The notes under the pieces were generated by a model, which saw only the letters and a program-made list of their open reading frames with translations, made no database searches and was not told where the DNA came from. Position numbers and translations under genes: made by a program. This document shows, piece after piece, positions 43,358 to 58,308 of a stretch of 64,000 bases of DNA (positions are counted from its first letter, which is position 1; each line of letters begins with the position of its first letter). This DNA comes from Octopus vulgaris (Eukaryota), in the NCBI GenBank assembly GCA_951406725.2, contig OX597827.1, forward strand, positions 5,208,001-5,272,000, written 5' to 3'.

Positions 43358-43517
43358 CAGGCTTCTTTCAGTTTCCGTCTACCAAATCCACTCATAAGGC
43401 ATTGGTCAGCCCGGGGCTATAGCAGAAGACACTTGCCCAAGATGCCACGCAGTGGGACTGAACCCGGAACCATGTGATTGGTTAGCAAGCTACTTACCAC
43501 ACAGCCACTCCTGCGCC
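43110..43517 (-). mobile_element. SINE family A
   Basis: Full-length reverse copy. Confidence 0.9.
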
Positions 43518-44332
43518 TATTTACATTATAAATAAATAAGTTGGTGGTCCAGTTAACCGAACAATTGGAATACAGATTGTTTTTGGAAAGCATGTACTCA
43601 TGTGGACTAACAGAACTACCTGGACATTCCATTCTCTGGTAGTGTCAATGTTGGTTGGCATTGCTGAAGCAAGCAACAATGCTGAGAGCTGTTAAAGTTG
43701 CTTTGATTGCCAGTCAACGGCTGATAAAAATGATGTGCCACAGTGCTTGCAATATGGCATATGTTAGATATGCATGTGTTTTCATGTATGTGTGTACGTG
43801 TATGTATGTATATATGTGTGCTGTGTGGATGTGTATGTACATGTGTGTGTTTATATGTAAGTATGTATGCATGAGTACATTATGTGCCTGTGTGTGTATA
43901 TATATATATATATATATAAAAATATGTAATATATGTATATGTAAATATGCACACCATGCACATACTAGCACAGACCACTTCCCAGCCCCACATACACACA
44001 TGCACATGTCAAGGTCACTAGCCCTCTTCCACAGGTACATACATGTTCTCTTATACACATGCACCTTCGTCTTGGGATCACCTCTACTTTATTATCTCCC
44101 CCTCTACCTAACTCTCCTGTGTGACCCCTCTGTCTGGCATTTGCCATGATAGATCGCTAGCCACTACACATTCTTTATTTTCTCTCATTGTTTCTTTCTG
44201 TGTTCCTTTCTGTGGAAGAGCGTAGGCTCAAAATGTTAAAGACTTTTTCACTTCCTGAATGTTAAACTAATACATCTGTTTGTTGTCTACTCCACCTGTC
44301 TTCGTCTTTTGTTTTTTTTTTGTGAATTCTCC

Positions 44333-44381
<49 letters not shown>

Positions 44382-44644
44382 CATACATACATATATACAA
44401 TAAGTAAATAATACAAAAACTACCTGTATGGTAAGCTTTTTTACTTATAGATTATAAGGGTTACAGGCATTGGGGTGTAAAAAGGCTTACTTCGAAAATC
44501 TGTGGTTTTTGTACTGATCTTATTTCCACGGTGCCCTGTTTCATAGCCTAATGGTTTGTTATTGAAGTTTGGTAGATAGTGAGTATGTAGAAACTCATCA
44601 TGTATGAATGTGTGTGTGTGTTGGTGAAAATACAAATTTCAAAT

Positions 44645-44830
44645 TTTGGCACAAGGTCAGGAATTTCAGGGGAGTAAGGTAGATGATTACATTGGCCTCA
44701 CTGCTCAACTGGTACTTATTTTATTGACCCTGAAATGACGAAAGGCAAAGTTGACATCATCAGAACTTGAACTCGGAACATAAAGATGGATGAAATATTG
44801 CTATGCATTTTACCCGGTGTACTAACAATT
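44645..44830 (-). mobile_element. SINE family B, diverged copy
   Basis: Similar to 48928-49156 (ctggtacttattttattgaccctgaaatgacgaaaggcaaagttgac). Weaker copies at ~32457-32592, 39560-39700 and 42455-42580. Confidence 0.65.
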
Positions 44831-47143
44831 CTACCAGCTCACCACCTTGCATTTGTGAAAAATGTAGAATTAATAAATAAACTGATGAAACTCATAATAC
44901 TATAATACTATTCTGTGGTGTTTACTCCAGCCAGGTTGGATAGACACTCACTTACCATTCTCACTATTGGGGATACAATGAATCAGCAATTGGCCTATTG
45001 GAACCATATCATCAATGATATTTCAGTCTCCAAAATGCATGATGTATGAAAAGTAATTCTAAGATGCACTTGTGTGTTTTCTTTCTTCAATAATGCTAAT
45101 TTGCTTCATTACAAAGCCGAGTTTTTGAGGAAGAGGAGATATAGTCAATGCACTCGAATTCTATGTATTACTGGAACTTTTAATGATGCAAAAGAGATGA
45201 AAGATTAAAACAAATACCGTGGTACTTGAACGCAGAAGACAAATGGATAAATATAATGAAATAATATTCCAAGACATTCTATCTAAGACTCTACCATTCC
45301 CTCCATCACAATTTCTTCTTCGGCTACAATCTTGGGGAAACATCCATGAAGAAACATTATTCACCATTATCTTTGACTGCTCAGTAAATAATAAGTGTCA
45401 GTACCATTAAAGTGCAGACAAATTTGGTTGGAGAATGCATTTAAAAATAATTACTATGGTTCATTGTTATAAATGATGTCGAAAGACATATCTTACAAAC
45501 AGATTCTCTAACTCACTTATGATATGATTTTGTATACAAAATTTCTTCAGAAATCATCTCATCAGAGCTATTCATTTTGTTTAGATATCATATATAAAAA
45601 AGAATTGGCAGCAACAGAATTGAAAATTTTTGTTTTTCTTTTTAAAATCAGCATATTTTTATAATGATTAAGATTCTATTATTATTTTTTAAATTTACCA
45701 TTTGTTTTCTACTGTGTGGGCACAACCACTCAAAAAATACTGTTTTCTAAAGATAACTAGTAAATCTTAGTGTGTGATTTATTATCATTAAGTGTCTTTC
45801 CTGACAGCCAACTACTATACTTCATTTAGTACGAATAAAGACAAATTAAGTATTTGGTTGTATGTGGTGGACAGAAAAATAAAATAAAAATTTTTTAGTT
45901 GGTGGATACTAGCAGAATGGCTCTCAGCAACTATCTTTTTCTAATAAGATTTCACTAATCTGCTGTTAAATTGAGAGTTGGTCTGATGTATTTTTGACTT
46001 GAATCAAATTGCTTTCTGTTACATTTAGTAGCTTCTTTGAACAGATAATAATAAAAATATAAAAACATAATGGTGTAGCAAATTAAATGCTTTATAACTT
46101 GACCAAATTAGTCACCTGAGCATACAACCAATCATCAGGACATACTCCAAACCACAATTTCCTACAACTGGACAGTGTAATATGAAAAGATTGAAAACAA
46201 AAAAAAAAAATCTCCAAGTGTCTAGTAATAGTCACACTTCCCTATTGTATAATGATTTCCCAGTATATTTCAATATGTTAATTTATTGGAAGGTTTTAGG
46301 AAACAAAAAAAACAAAACAAAAAAAAATGAACAAAAAAGTCATTAAAGAATGAAAACAAAAAAAAAATTGATAGAAATGGTTTAGAAATTATGAAGTATA
46401 TAGTAAAAGTGACATGGTAATCACAATTAATATATTGATGGTGATGTTGGAAACTATACAACAAAAAATACTTAATCAACGGTTGAGTAGGTTTATTTTA
46501 AAGAAGTATAGACAAATTTAATCTATATTTAAACTATTGTTGATATTTTTTTTTAATGTATAGATTAACAATAACAAAAGAACCACACCATTATCTTCTA
46601 TTGATAATATGGTAATGAAAATGCAACTAACACATTTTAGTATATGAAGACATCCTGAAAGGTAACTATCAACACAAATCTGGCTTCATAACGTATTTAA
46701 AAAAAATTTGTTTTGATCTAAAGTCATGAACCAAAATGATAACCAAATTGTTTTCTATTTGTCTATTTTGTAATGTTAGGTAGAGTAATAATGTTTTATA
46801 TTTTACACTACAAGAGAAATGCTGTTTTCCTTCATATTTTTATTTTTTTGCTATGCTCTCTTTGTTTTATTTCTATTTTTTTGTTGTTGTTGTTTTCTAC
46901 CCAAGATGTCTTCTAGTGAACAATAATCAAAATAAATTAATGGCTATGGTAATTCATTTTATCATATAATAAACCACTTTAACATTGTTGTCTATTTTAT
47001 AAAATGATAAATGTAATTTGATATGGATATTTCTACTTTTATTTTCATGATATACAGTACTAACAGGCTAAATAACACACACACACACACACACACACAT
47101 ACATACATACATACATATATACATACATACATACATACATACA

Positions 47144-47204
<61 letters not shown>

Positions 47205-48182
47205 GCATACATATTGTTTGATTCTAAGACGACAAGAACAACATGTTCTGCTTGCTAGATACAGCTACTACTTCCAGTTAAAAACAATAGAATGACAAAT
47301 AGATTTGAAAGAAAAGTGATATTAGTGGCCTAACATAAAGGGTTATAGCTAGCTACATTAGGAAAATTATGTGGAGTAAAAACAGAAAGGAAAATCACTG
47401 GAGCCCTTGGAGCTATCATCATAATGGCTGTAGTTAAAAAAAAACACACACACAAAACATAAAACCAAGAGGGACATTGGCAGAATAAATGTATTTTCTG
47501 TGTGTGTATATATATATATATATGTGTATGTATGTCAACAGAAAATACTTATATATATGCCTATGTGTATATGTACATACATATATATATATAATGTGTG
47601 CGTGTGCATGTGCTTGTGTGTATGTGTACAAATACATCCATAAACATGAGGCATGAAAAATTATTTAGCCTGAGTGAAAATAATTGGGTTGCAAGAAAAA
47701 AAAATGATTAATGACCTAACCCTGAAGTAATGTGGAATAAAGCAGAGAAATTGTGAAAATAATTGGTTAATAAAATCATACACTTTTTTATGCATGTAAT
47801 AAATGAAGTGATGTCTCTTGAGCATGTATGTATCTGTACATGCTTGTTCATGAGAACACTTCTCTGCATGTAAAATTTATATATGCACAACATAAAAACA
47901 TGCAGCCATCAATTGATACCCACATGAATATTCAGCATGCCTAGCGTGTGGTTAGGTACACACACACACACACACACACACAGACAGACACACACACATT
48001 GAGAAAAAAATGAGTACTTTGTTTTGAGAGGAGGAAAAAACTGAGCAAATGAATGTGTATTTCAAAATTATTTACTATAAACACAATAACACAGGAATTT
48101 ACACATAAATCCTTAAATCCATATTTATAAAGCATAGACATAACCATGTGTGTTTATGTATATATACATATGTGTGTGTGTG

Positions 48183-48267
<85 letters not shown>

Positions 48268-48416
48268 ATATATATTTAGGTATTTATATGTGTATTTATA
48301 TATATATATGTAGGTATATATATATGTATATATGAGTATATATATGTGTGTGTGTGTGTATATATATATATGTACATATCTTTATATATATATATATATG
48401 TGTGTGTGTACATATG

Positions 48417-48462
<46 letters not shown>

Positions 48463-48813
48463 CACACATAAATGTACGCATTCATACTTATCTCCACAGA
48501 CACTCTCACATAGAAACACACAAACATACACTGAATATGGATTATGGCTTGCTCTATAAATTTTAATAGATATTTTATCTAATATCCATGAATATAGATT
48601 GTGTTATATCCAAGTATATTTAAATGCAGAACTGGACACATTTTCATAGCTCTGTACTTTTGTGCTGAGTGTACTAACAGATACTTTTGGGGTATTTCAT
48701 TTATTCATTAAAAAATTAAAACATCATCAGGCAGTCATACACACACACACACACACACACACACATATGCATGCATACACATACACACATAAGCAATGCT
48801 TATTTGAAGTTGT

Positions 48814-48909
48814 AGCTTCCTGAGTCACATCTCTCAGTTTCATATTGTCACTTCTTTAAACATTTGAACAACTGGTGTTGTGAAACTCAGAGTTATGATT
48901 CAGGAAGCT
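48814..48909. repeat. Short inverted repeat (31 bp arms)
   Basis: agcttcctgagtcacatctctcagtttcata versus tgtgaaactcagagttatgattcaggaagct. Confidence 0.7.
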
Positions 48910-48927
48910 TTAGGTGTAAATGAATAC

Positions 48928-49156
48928 GTATTTCTTTATTGCCCACAAGGGGCTAAACATAGAGGGGACAAACAAGGACAGACATAGGTATTAAGTCGAT
49001 TACATCGACCCCAGTGCGTAACTGGTACTTAATTTATCGACCCTGAAAGGATGAAAGGCAAAGTCAACCTCGGCGGAATTTGAACTCACAACGTAACGAC
49101 AAGCGAAATACCATTAAGCATTTCGCCCGGCGTGCTAACATTTCTGCCAGCTCTCC
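48928..49156 (-). mobile_element. tRNA-derived SINE family B with 15-bp target-site duplication
   Basis: Minus strand head GAGCTGGCAGAAATG...GAGTTCAAATTCC, then GCCTTTCATCCTTTCAGGGTCGATAAATTAAGTACCAG. TSD GGTGTAAATGAATAC at 48913-48927 and 49157-49171. Confidence 0.85.
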
Positions 49157-49190
49157 GGTGTAAATGAATACCACACACATGCATGCACGT

Positions 49191-49221
<31 letters not shown>

Positions 49222-49336
49222 CACACACAGTATTTTATCACTAAGTACTTTTTTCTCCAATTTTTAAACGCAAATTTCTCTGTCTCTCTCTCTCTTCTTC
49301 TGTGTGTGTGTGTATGCATATATATATACATATATA

Positions 49337-49754
49337 GGTGCAGGAGTGGCTGTGTGGTAAGTAGCTTGCTAACCAGCCACATGGTTCCGGGTTCAGTCCC
49401 ACTTCGTGGCACCTTGGGCAAGTGTCTTCTGCTATAGCATCGGGCCGACCAATGCCTTGTGAGTGGATTTGGTAGACGGAAACTGAAAGAAGCCTGTCGT
49501 GTATATGTATATATATATAAATCTGTGTGTGCGTGTATGTTTGTGTGTCTGTGTTTGTCCCCCTAGCATTGCTTGACAACCGATGCTGGTGTGTTTATGT
49601 CCCCATCACTTAGCGGTTCGGCAAAAGAGACCGATTGAATAAGTACTGGGATTACAAAGAATAAGTCCCAGGGTCGAGTTGCTCGATTAAAAGGCGGTGC
49701 TCCAGCATGGCCGCAGTCAAAATGGCTGAAACAAGTAAAAGAGTAAAAAGAGTA
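49337..49754 (+). mobile_element. SINE family A
   Basis: Full-length copy. Confidence 0.9.
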
Positions 49755-50029
49755 TATATTCATAAGTAGATAATGTATATACACATATACATATACACAT
49801 TCATATATGTTCACATGCACACACATGCACACATGCACACATGCACATATACACACACATGTCTCCGTATGTTTCTCTGTGTGTGTAGTCAACAGACACC
49901 TTTTAAACCTTTCTGCCTCATTTGCTCCTTTTTGCTTGTTCTCAGTTTTACCTTGTCTTTCATTCTCTCCCCACTCACCCACCACCACCATCTATTCAGA
50001 AGGTAATGTCCAAAGTGTTACTCTTTCCT

Positions 50030-50443
50030 CTCTTTTACTCTTTTACTTGTTTCAGTCATTTGACTGCGGCCATGCCGGAGCACCGCCTTTAGTTGAGCAA
50101 ATCGACCCCGGGACTTATTCTTTTGTAAGCCCAGTACTTATTCTATCGGTCTCTTTTGCCGAACCGCTAAGTGACGGGGACATAAACACACCAGCATCGG
50201 TTGTCAAGCAATGCTAGGGGGACAAACACAGACACACAAACATATACACACACACTTATATATATATATATACATATATACGACAGGCTTCTTTCAATTT
50301 CCGTCTACCAAATCCATTCACAAGGCATTAATCGGCCCGGGGCTATAGCAGAAGACACTTGCCCAAGATGCCACGCAGTGGGACTGAACCCGGAACCATG
50401 TGGCTGGTTAGCAAGCTACTTACCACACAGCCACTCCTGCGCC
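50030..50443 (-). mobile_element. SINE family A
   Basis: Full-length reverse copy, tail-to-tail with the 49337 copy. Confidence 0.9.
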
Positions 50444-51373
50444 TTACGTTAATTTATTTTGTGAACCCATCTCATATCATTATTATTTTGCTCTTTTACC
50501 ACACACACACACACACACACACATGCACACACACTCATACACACACACGATAGACTGTTTCAAATGATGCTGTCTACAACATTCTTTAAATGAATTTCAG
50601 AAGCAAATAAAACTCCATTTCTGTTTATCTAAATTTCATTATAGCAACTTAATATTATGAAACAGAAAAGCCCCAGAGTTTGGTAATTTACTCTATTTCG
50701 ATTCTGACTTCTTAGTTTCTGTCTCATTACTCTGAGATTGATAAAATTTTAAACTGAGATATGTATAGTGTATGTTTGTGGTGAGGTAAATCAACCAACT
50801 GTATCCAACTTCCTTACAATAAGAGATTTATGTCTTGCTCTCACAAGTATTTCTCCTATAATTTCTCATTGAAAGCAACAAATAAAATACAGCCATCCCT
50901 TGTGTTACAGAAACGTTGCTTTCCTCAAATCCTTTCTGCAATGTGGAATTCCATAGCACAGAAAATTTTTTCCATGTTACTGAACAGTTGGCAAATACTT
51001 GCCGCATTATATAAAATGGTAGCCAGTTAGAAATGTGTTTTACATCATAGAATTTCATGTTATGGCAACATTTTTTAGAAGCATGTTGCTCTCATTATGT
51101 GGGGGCAGTATGTTTGCATAAATTATCTGCTTCCTTTCCATTCATGTTTTCCTGTAAGTGTTCATACTGAACACAAACTACTATTAACAGTTTACAATCT
51201 TTTGAAAGGCAAGTTCCCCATAACATTAGCTTTTCCATTCATCATGACAATTGAACTTCTGGCTGTTCTACAAAATCACCTTTACTCTGCTAATGCTAAC
51301 AAAATGAAACAAAACTAAATGATTCTACAGTTAACCTTCTCAAAAATCTAGATTTTAAGGTGTTTAGTTATAC

Positions 51374-51436
<63 letters not shown>

Positions 51437-53026
51437 CGTGTGTGTGTGTGTAAAATTAAGCTTTTCCTCATTTACCTACATTCCTTTAAATAACTGACAC
51501 TACCATAATCACCATGGATGACTTAGAACTCCAAGAAAAAATTAGATTTACCAAATTTTACACAATGCAAAGTAAGTATATTAAAACTTCCTTTTATTAT
51601 CAAGGGAATGATTATATAGTTACCTGTTTGCTGCGATAGAAGAAAGCTTTGATATTATCAAAAAACTGTTTAAGCATTAAACACTTAGATATTTAAAAAC
51701 AAAAATTTTACATTTCAAAATAGCTTTCTTAGGAATGGTAGGCAGAAATGTGATCATCATTGGCGGTAGTGATAATGCAAACAAGTACACCTCAAAACTT
51801 TTAATGAAACACCTAAGAATTTAGATATTTATACATATACAATATAGTACAGAAAAAAACTGTAATGTAAAATGAAAATAATTTAAATGAAAAAAAAATT
51901 GCTAACGTTTTGGAGAAAATGGAGTAATTTGATTTGAGCCAGGTGGAAAAAAAAAGTAAATAGTTGAGATATACCATATCACAAAAGCTATTGCCTCCTT
52001 TTTTATGAGATTACCCAAGGAGGAAAGTCACCTACCATGCTTTTTCTTACATGGAGAGGGTTCCCATATGTTCTTTAAGGAAGCATTATTTGAAATGCTG
52101 GTTATGTATAGCATGATGTATTCTCTATCAACTAGGGAAGAGTGTGAGGAAATGTGTGCCTTGCCTTTAAGTTGAAGATAAGGTGAGAAAAGAGGCAAAA
52201 TTTGTGGTTCTACATTATATGGTAAGACAAAACATGAGAGTAATGGTCAGTCTTGCAACACTGGGGAAAAGAATGATGTAATCTTAGGAACTGTATGGGA
52301 AGAAGAACCCAGAAAAATAAGTAAGCACAGACAAAAGATTAACATGTAACTGGATGTCCCTGATGAAAATATGCCTATGCCTACCTTATTAGTGTTTCTG
52401 AAGTTACTGTAATCTAAAAGGAGGATTCTTATTTTCTTCATTTAGAGGCAACCCTAAAAGAATTTGTAATAACACCAAAATAGTTGGGTTCAGAATATAA
52501 ACGACATGTAAAGTTAAAATCAAAACACAATATTGAATATAAAAATGAATATCTTTCTCGGGATGTTGGTGTTTCAGAATCGGATACGTTCAAAGAAGTT
52601 TAATGCTGCATCCCATTGTACTCAAATACTGTTTTAGAAATGTTTAATGAACAACTTCATGGAATACTCATCGCAACCTAACCATTAAGCTTTCGTTATT
52701 TCTTTAAATTATTGTTTTAATTATTGTGTGTTTTCACTTCTTTTATTACTTCAATACAAATATGTGTGTATGTATGCATTCATATGTGTGTGCTTGTGTG
52801 TTTATGTATGTGGAAATATGTGAGTGTATAGTTATAAAATTTTATTACATATTTTTTTTTATTGTACAATGTTTCTTGCTGTCTCCCTTTGTATTTGTAA
52901 ACTTTTTTTTTTATTTTTCACATGCTATGGTGTCTTTTGTTTTCTTTGTAACCCCTGCTGAGGGCTTTGTATTTTTATATCTCTTTGAATCATTGGGGTT
53001 AATGAAGAAAATATTTATTATTATTA

Positions 53027-53085
<59 letters not shown>

Positions 53086-53193
53086 GTCATCATCGTCATC
53101 GTCATCATAGTGTTATGATTACTTTGAGCCCTACATCATTTCATTATGAAAAAGAAAATAATATATATATATACATATACATACATACATACA

Positions 53194-53226
<33 letters not shown>

Positions 53227-53813
53227 GTGTGTGTATTCACTCAAGGAAAGCCTTTTAATAAAATTGTTATTACAGTAATTAATTACTTTGCTCAAACTAT
53301 AATTTATTGTCCTTTAATTAAAATTTTCAAGACCTTACTTAGTTAATTATGCTAGCATCTAATTTTTAATTGTAATTTCAATTTTCAAAATCAGCTATGG
53401 GAGAACACCAAGGAACTAAAACAGCAACACTTCAGTTTCATTAGTTTTAATCTCCAGTTTGAACATTTTCCAAAATGTCATTTAAAAATTTTTTTTTTAT
53501 TTTTAATATAATATTTGACTTTTATAGCTTCATTTTCTAGTTAAATTTTATGAAACGAACTGCTAGACATTTTATTTGCTAAACTGATGAATTTAATATT
53601 TTAATTTAACATATTTGTATTTAGAATGATTCTGATGCATTAGATTAATAAAGAAGAAATAAATTGAAGAACTGGACAAATTTCATATGATTTATTTATG
53701 GAGTATTATATGGTTAAATCTTATTTGCTTTCAAACTTTTGCAGTGTCCAATAGCATATACAGCAATGAATTCTCGTGTCTGTTGTTCAGATGATAATGA
53801 TAGTCTTATGAAA

Positions 53814-54238
53814 TACTCTTTACTCTTTTACTTGTCTCAGTCATTTAACTGTGGCCATGCTGGAGCACCGCCTTTAGTCGAGCAAATCGACCCCAGGACT
53901 TATTCTTTGTAAGCCTAGTAGTTATTCTATCAATCTCTTTTGCTGAACCTCTAAGTTACAGGGATGTAAACACACCTGCATCGGTCGTCAAGCGATGTTG
54001 GGGGGGACAAACACAGACACACAAACACAGACACACAAACACACACACACACATATATATATATATACATACATACGACGGGCTTCTTTCAGTTTCTGTC
54101 TACCAAATCCACTCACAAGGCTTTGGGCGGCCCGAGGCTACAGCAGAAGACACTTGTTCAAGATGCCACGCAGTGGGACTGAACCCGGAACCATGTGGCT
54201 AGTAAGCAAGCTACTTAGCTCACAGCCACTCCTGCGCC
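53814..54238 (-). mobile_element. SINE family A
   Basis: Full-length reverse copy. Confidence 0.9.
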
Positions 54239-54589
54239 TATATATATACATGTATATATGACAGGCTTCTTTCAGTTTTCATTGTAGACTTTATTCAGTA
54301 TTCTTGATGCTATAAAATGATATACCTTGTTTATAGCTTATGGTTCACAAAACCTTTAAGTAGAAGAGTCATTGTTAAGCTATTCTGGTAGCCATGCAAT
54401 TTTTGTAAAATATAAAAATTCAATGTTAAATTATTATTTTTTCATGAACTCTATTCTGCCAGATTGACATGTTCAAGCATTAATTAGTGTTCCTACAGAG
54501 TTAATAGTTGGGATAACTATATTGAAAAGTTTGGTTTATCAATTTGTGTTGCAAGATTCCTGATGTGAAGTTGTGTGTTGAAACAGACA

Positions 54590-54830
54590 TTGTTTTATTT
54601 TAGGATGGTCATTTTTACCTTTTTTTTCAAATAAACCCAGTCACTGAAGAGGTCACAGATGTGTGATGAAAGATTTCCAGACAATGGACATGAGTTAAAA
54701 TAACAAAAAAAAAATTTTTAAATAAATTAATAAAAACTGTAACAAATGAGTGAAAAACAAATATATAGTGTGTGTGTTTATTTGGCAAAAAGAAAAAAGG
54801 AAAAGAAAACGACTGTCCTAAAATACAACA
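54590..54830. repeat. Inverted-repeat element (~45-55 bp arms) enclosing a degenerate hammerhead core
   Basis: Left arm tgttttattttaggatggtcatttt...aataaac is complementary to gtttatt...aaaacgactgtcctaaaatacaaca. Between them: CTGAAGA (54644)-GTCACA gatg TGTGAT-GAAA (54668). Confidence 0.45.
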
Positions 54831-55513
54831 ATATATTGAAAAGTATTAAACTAAAATTGTTGTGTACCAATATGTTTTAAATCAAATGGTCTGATGGAAC
54901 TACAACTGTCTGAAAATATGAATGGAGTAAAAGCGTTCAAGAGAGTCACATATGATATCAAGCATTTCTTTTTTAGACATATTAAAGGTCAGATCTATGT
55001 GGCATATGTAAGAAATGCAATAGTGTGTGTCTGTAAGACTTGATGGTAAATGATGGCAATCTTGGCCAAATAGTTCCGTGTGGCTGATTAAACCATTAGT
55101 TACCGTACTTCTAATAGAATATACTATCTATACGTTACAGTGATTTTCAAAATTATCAGCAATTTCTTGTTATTAAAATGGTGTTGAGAAATGTATCTAG
55201 TGTTAGGAAGGGCAGTTGGCATTAGGAAGGGTATCTAGCTGTAGAAACAATACCAAAGCAGACACTGGAGCTCAACACAGTCCTCTGGCTTGTCAGATCC
55301 TTTTGAATCATTGGACCCATGCCACCAGGCAAGATGGACATTAAATAATAATGACAATTATGATGAAAAGTTTAAGAAAGGAGAATTTGTGTCATGAAGC
55401 AATAGGTTTCAAGAAGGCTGGTTTGTATCAAAAGGGGTCATGTTAGGGGTCATGTTTCTCAAATTAGGAGAAAAACTGAACAAATTGGGAAAGTAGAGTG
55501 ACTTGAAATGTAT

Positions 55514-55926
55514 TACTCTTTACTCTTTTACTTGTTTCAGTCATTTGACTGTGGCCATGCTGGAGCACCGCCTTTAGTCAAGCAACTCGACCCCAGGACT
55601 TATTCTTTTGTAAGCCCAGTACTTATTCTATCGGTCTCTTTTGCCGAACCGCTAAGTAACGGGGACATAAACACACCAGCATCGGTTGTCAAGTAATGCA
55701 AGGGGACAAACACAGACACTCAAACACACACATGCATACATATATATATATATATATATATACATATATACGACGGGCTTCTTTCAGTTTCCGTCTACCA
55801 AAATCCAACTTTGGTCGGCCCGAGGCTATAGTAGAAGACACTTGCCCAAGGTGCCACACAGTGGGACTGAACCCGGAACCATGTGGCTGGTAGACAAGCT
55901 ACTTACCACACAGCCACTCTTGCGCC
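55514..55926 (-). mobile_element. SINE family A
   Basis: Full-length reverse copy. Confidence 0.9.
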
Positions 55927-56092
55927 TAGCTAATAAACACTAGAGTTTCAGCTATGTTTGTAATAGTAACTCACTTGATTGGAAAAGTGTAGGGATTTGA
56001 TACTGGAAGGACACATTAAAGAGTATATGAGAGAAAACTCTTAGGTTAGATCTGAGAATGTTGAGGTTCACATACAACTTAACACAAGTTAT

Positions 56093-56294
56093 CCCTTTCA
56101 TTACCGTATTTATTTTGAGATGCTCTGTGTTTCTTTCAAAGAATTTAGTAAAATAACTTAGTTATCATTCAGCTGGTGTTAGGAACATAAAGTGTGACTA
56201 AGGTTTGGTGGAAGATTTTAATTCAAAACTTATGAAAACAAAACATTTGTACTCAGAGCCAGAGTCGGTTTCAGCTGCGTTGGTAATGAAAGGG
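56093..56294. mobile_element. TTAA-specific MITE, second copy in opposite orientation
   Basis: TIR ccctttcattacc/ggtaatgaaaggg followed by TTAA; the interior is the reverse complement of 15591-15813. Confidence 0.8.
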
Positions 56295-56519
56295 TTAAGG
56301 AATCTGGAATAGTGGTTGTAAGATTAAGCCTATGTCATGATAGGAAAAGGGTTGTTAAGCTGCTAAAGAAAGGGATGTTTTAAATGAAACTTAAATTACC
56401 TGTCTTTCAAGTTAAAGGATTAGTAGTAAAAGAAATTCATAAAGCAATCCTTCCTTATTGGAAAGTAAGATGAACCAGTATTACAAGACTCACACACACA
56501 CGTGTACACACACACACGT

Positions 56520-56564
<45 letters not shown>

Positions 56565-56695
56565 GCTATTCCAGCAGCATTATAGGTCCCCAGGTAAAAC
56601 AATGCACAAGTCCCCAACATACACAACTACAGCATACATAGATTAGCATTAGACCCCCTGGACCTGTGGCAACCTTATACCAATGCCTTTCAATG

Positions 56696-56733
<38 letters not shown>

Positions 56734-57909
56734 CACACACACAAACAAAATATAAATATAATCTGTGAAGATTAATCACAGACCAAACAAGAAATATATT
56801 GTGTAATGAAAATTATGTGATACTAATTATATTATTTGTTTTTACCATTCATTAAAATATATTGCTTGTTTATATACTACATTTCTTGGTGCTTATGTAA
56901 AATCAAAAACAAAAAAATTCTCTTATACTGATTTAATATAAAATATAATCTTCTAGTAAGGTCATAGAAGTAATTTCAAGACACAAAGTATGTTAGAAAG
57001 CACAAGACAAGCTCAGGATTTCATGCTTCTATGACTAATGCTATTATATATAGTGTATGTTTTGTGCATGCATACAACTTTTATTTTTGATATTTTATAC
57101 CAAACATTTTTATGCTGCCACAAGGTGAATGGATCTGAAAATGTAGATATTTATATTGTTTACCACAGAAGGTATTTTAGTGTGAAATGTTCTCTTTAAT
57201 ACCAATCACTTAACCAAGGAAACGTAAAAACAACAAAAAAAAAAGTTGTGTCTATTCTTAGCTAGATACATTAAGATAAGAGGCTGAACCCTTTCTACAA
57301 AATAGATGCACAGAGCCATGTCAATATCTTGATTTTATTCATTACATTTTTAGCTTAACACTTCCATCACTTAGTCACTGTATCTATAGCAGCCTCAGCA
57401 ATTCTCTAAGAGGTTCAGATTTCGCAGAGAAAATATATTTAGGAATGTCCTCGTAGAAAATACATACATAAAGAAAAATGTATGTGCAACGTGGATTAAA
57501 ATAGGAATAGAACTCATCGTCGTACTGAAATCCATAAAAAATAAATGGTAAATGCAGGACAATTATTTATAAAATTAACAAATTATCACCTTCTAATCAA
57601 AGTGTACAATCAATGCCACGAAAACAATAGCAATACCAATCTGCTCTTGAAATAAAGCAATAAACTTAGTATATTATAATACATCAAAGATATCCTGGGG
57701 ATATAACATATGTACTGCTGAAATATTGTTTTGTTACTGAACAATCGGAAGTTAACTCGGGAGTCGATACATAAACACTTGACTTGCCAGGAATAGCAGC
57801 CAGATTCTCTTGGATACATCATAGTATCTTGAAAAAAAACAAAAAAAACAAATTGGAGAATGCAGTCAGTGAAATACAAAGGATGGGATGTTGAGTGTCA
57901 GAACATCTC

Positions 57910-58308
57910 GTGTGGTAAGTAGCTTGCTAACCAACCACATGGTTCCGGGTTCAGTCCCACTGCATGGCATCTTGGGCAAGTGTCTTCTGCTATAGCCTTG
58001 GGCCAACCAATGCCTTGTGAGTGGATTTGGTAGACGGAAAATGAAAGAAGCCTGTCGTATATATGTATATATATATATGTATATGTATATGTGTGTGTGT
58101 TTGTGTGTCTGTGTTTGTCCCCCTAGCATTGCTTGACAACCGATGCTGGTGTGTTTATGTCCCCGTCACTTAGCGATTCGGCAAAAGAGACCGATAGAAT
58201 AAGTACTGGGCTTACAAAGAATAAGTCCCGGGGTCGATTTGCTCGACTAAAGGCGGTGCTCCAGCATGGCTGCAGTCAAAACAAGACTGAAACAAGTAAA
58301 AGAGAGTA
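57910..58308 (+). mobile_element. SINE family A (slightly 5'-truncated)
   Basis: Begins at TGTGGTAAGTAGC within the tRNA-like head. Confidence 0.9.

Noticed and set aside
44205-44245. Hammerhead-like gaaGAGCgtagGCTCaaaatgtta
   Set aside because: A stem II-like hairpin is present, but neither CUGAnGA nor GAAA is intact; cannot be supported without a family consensus.
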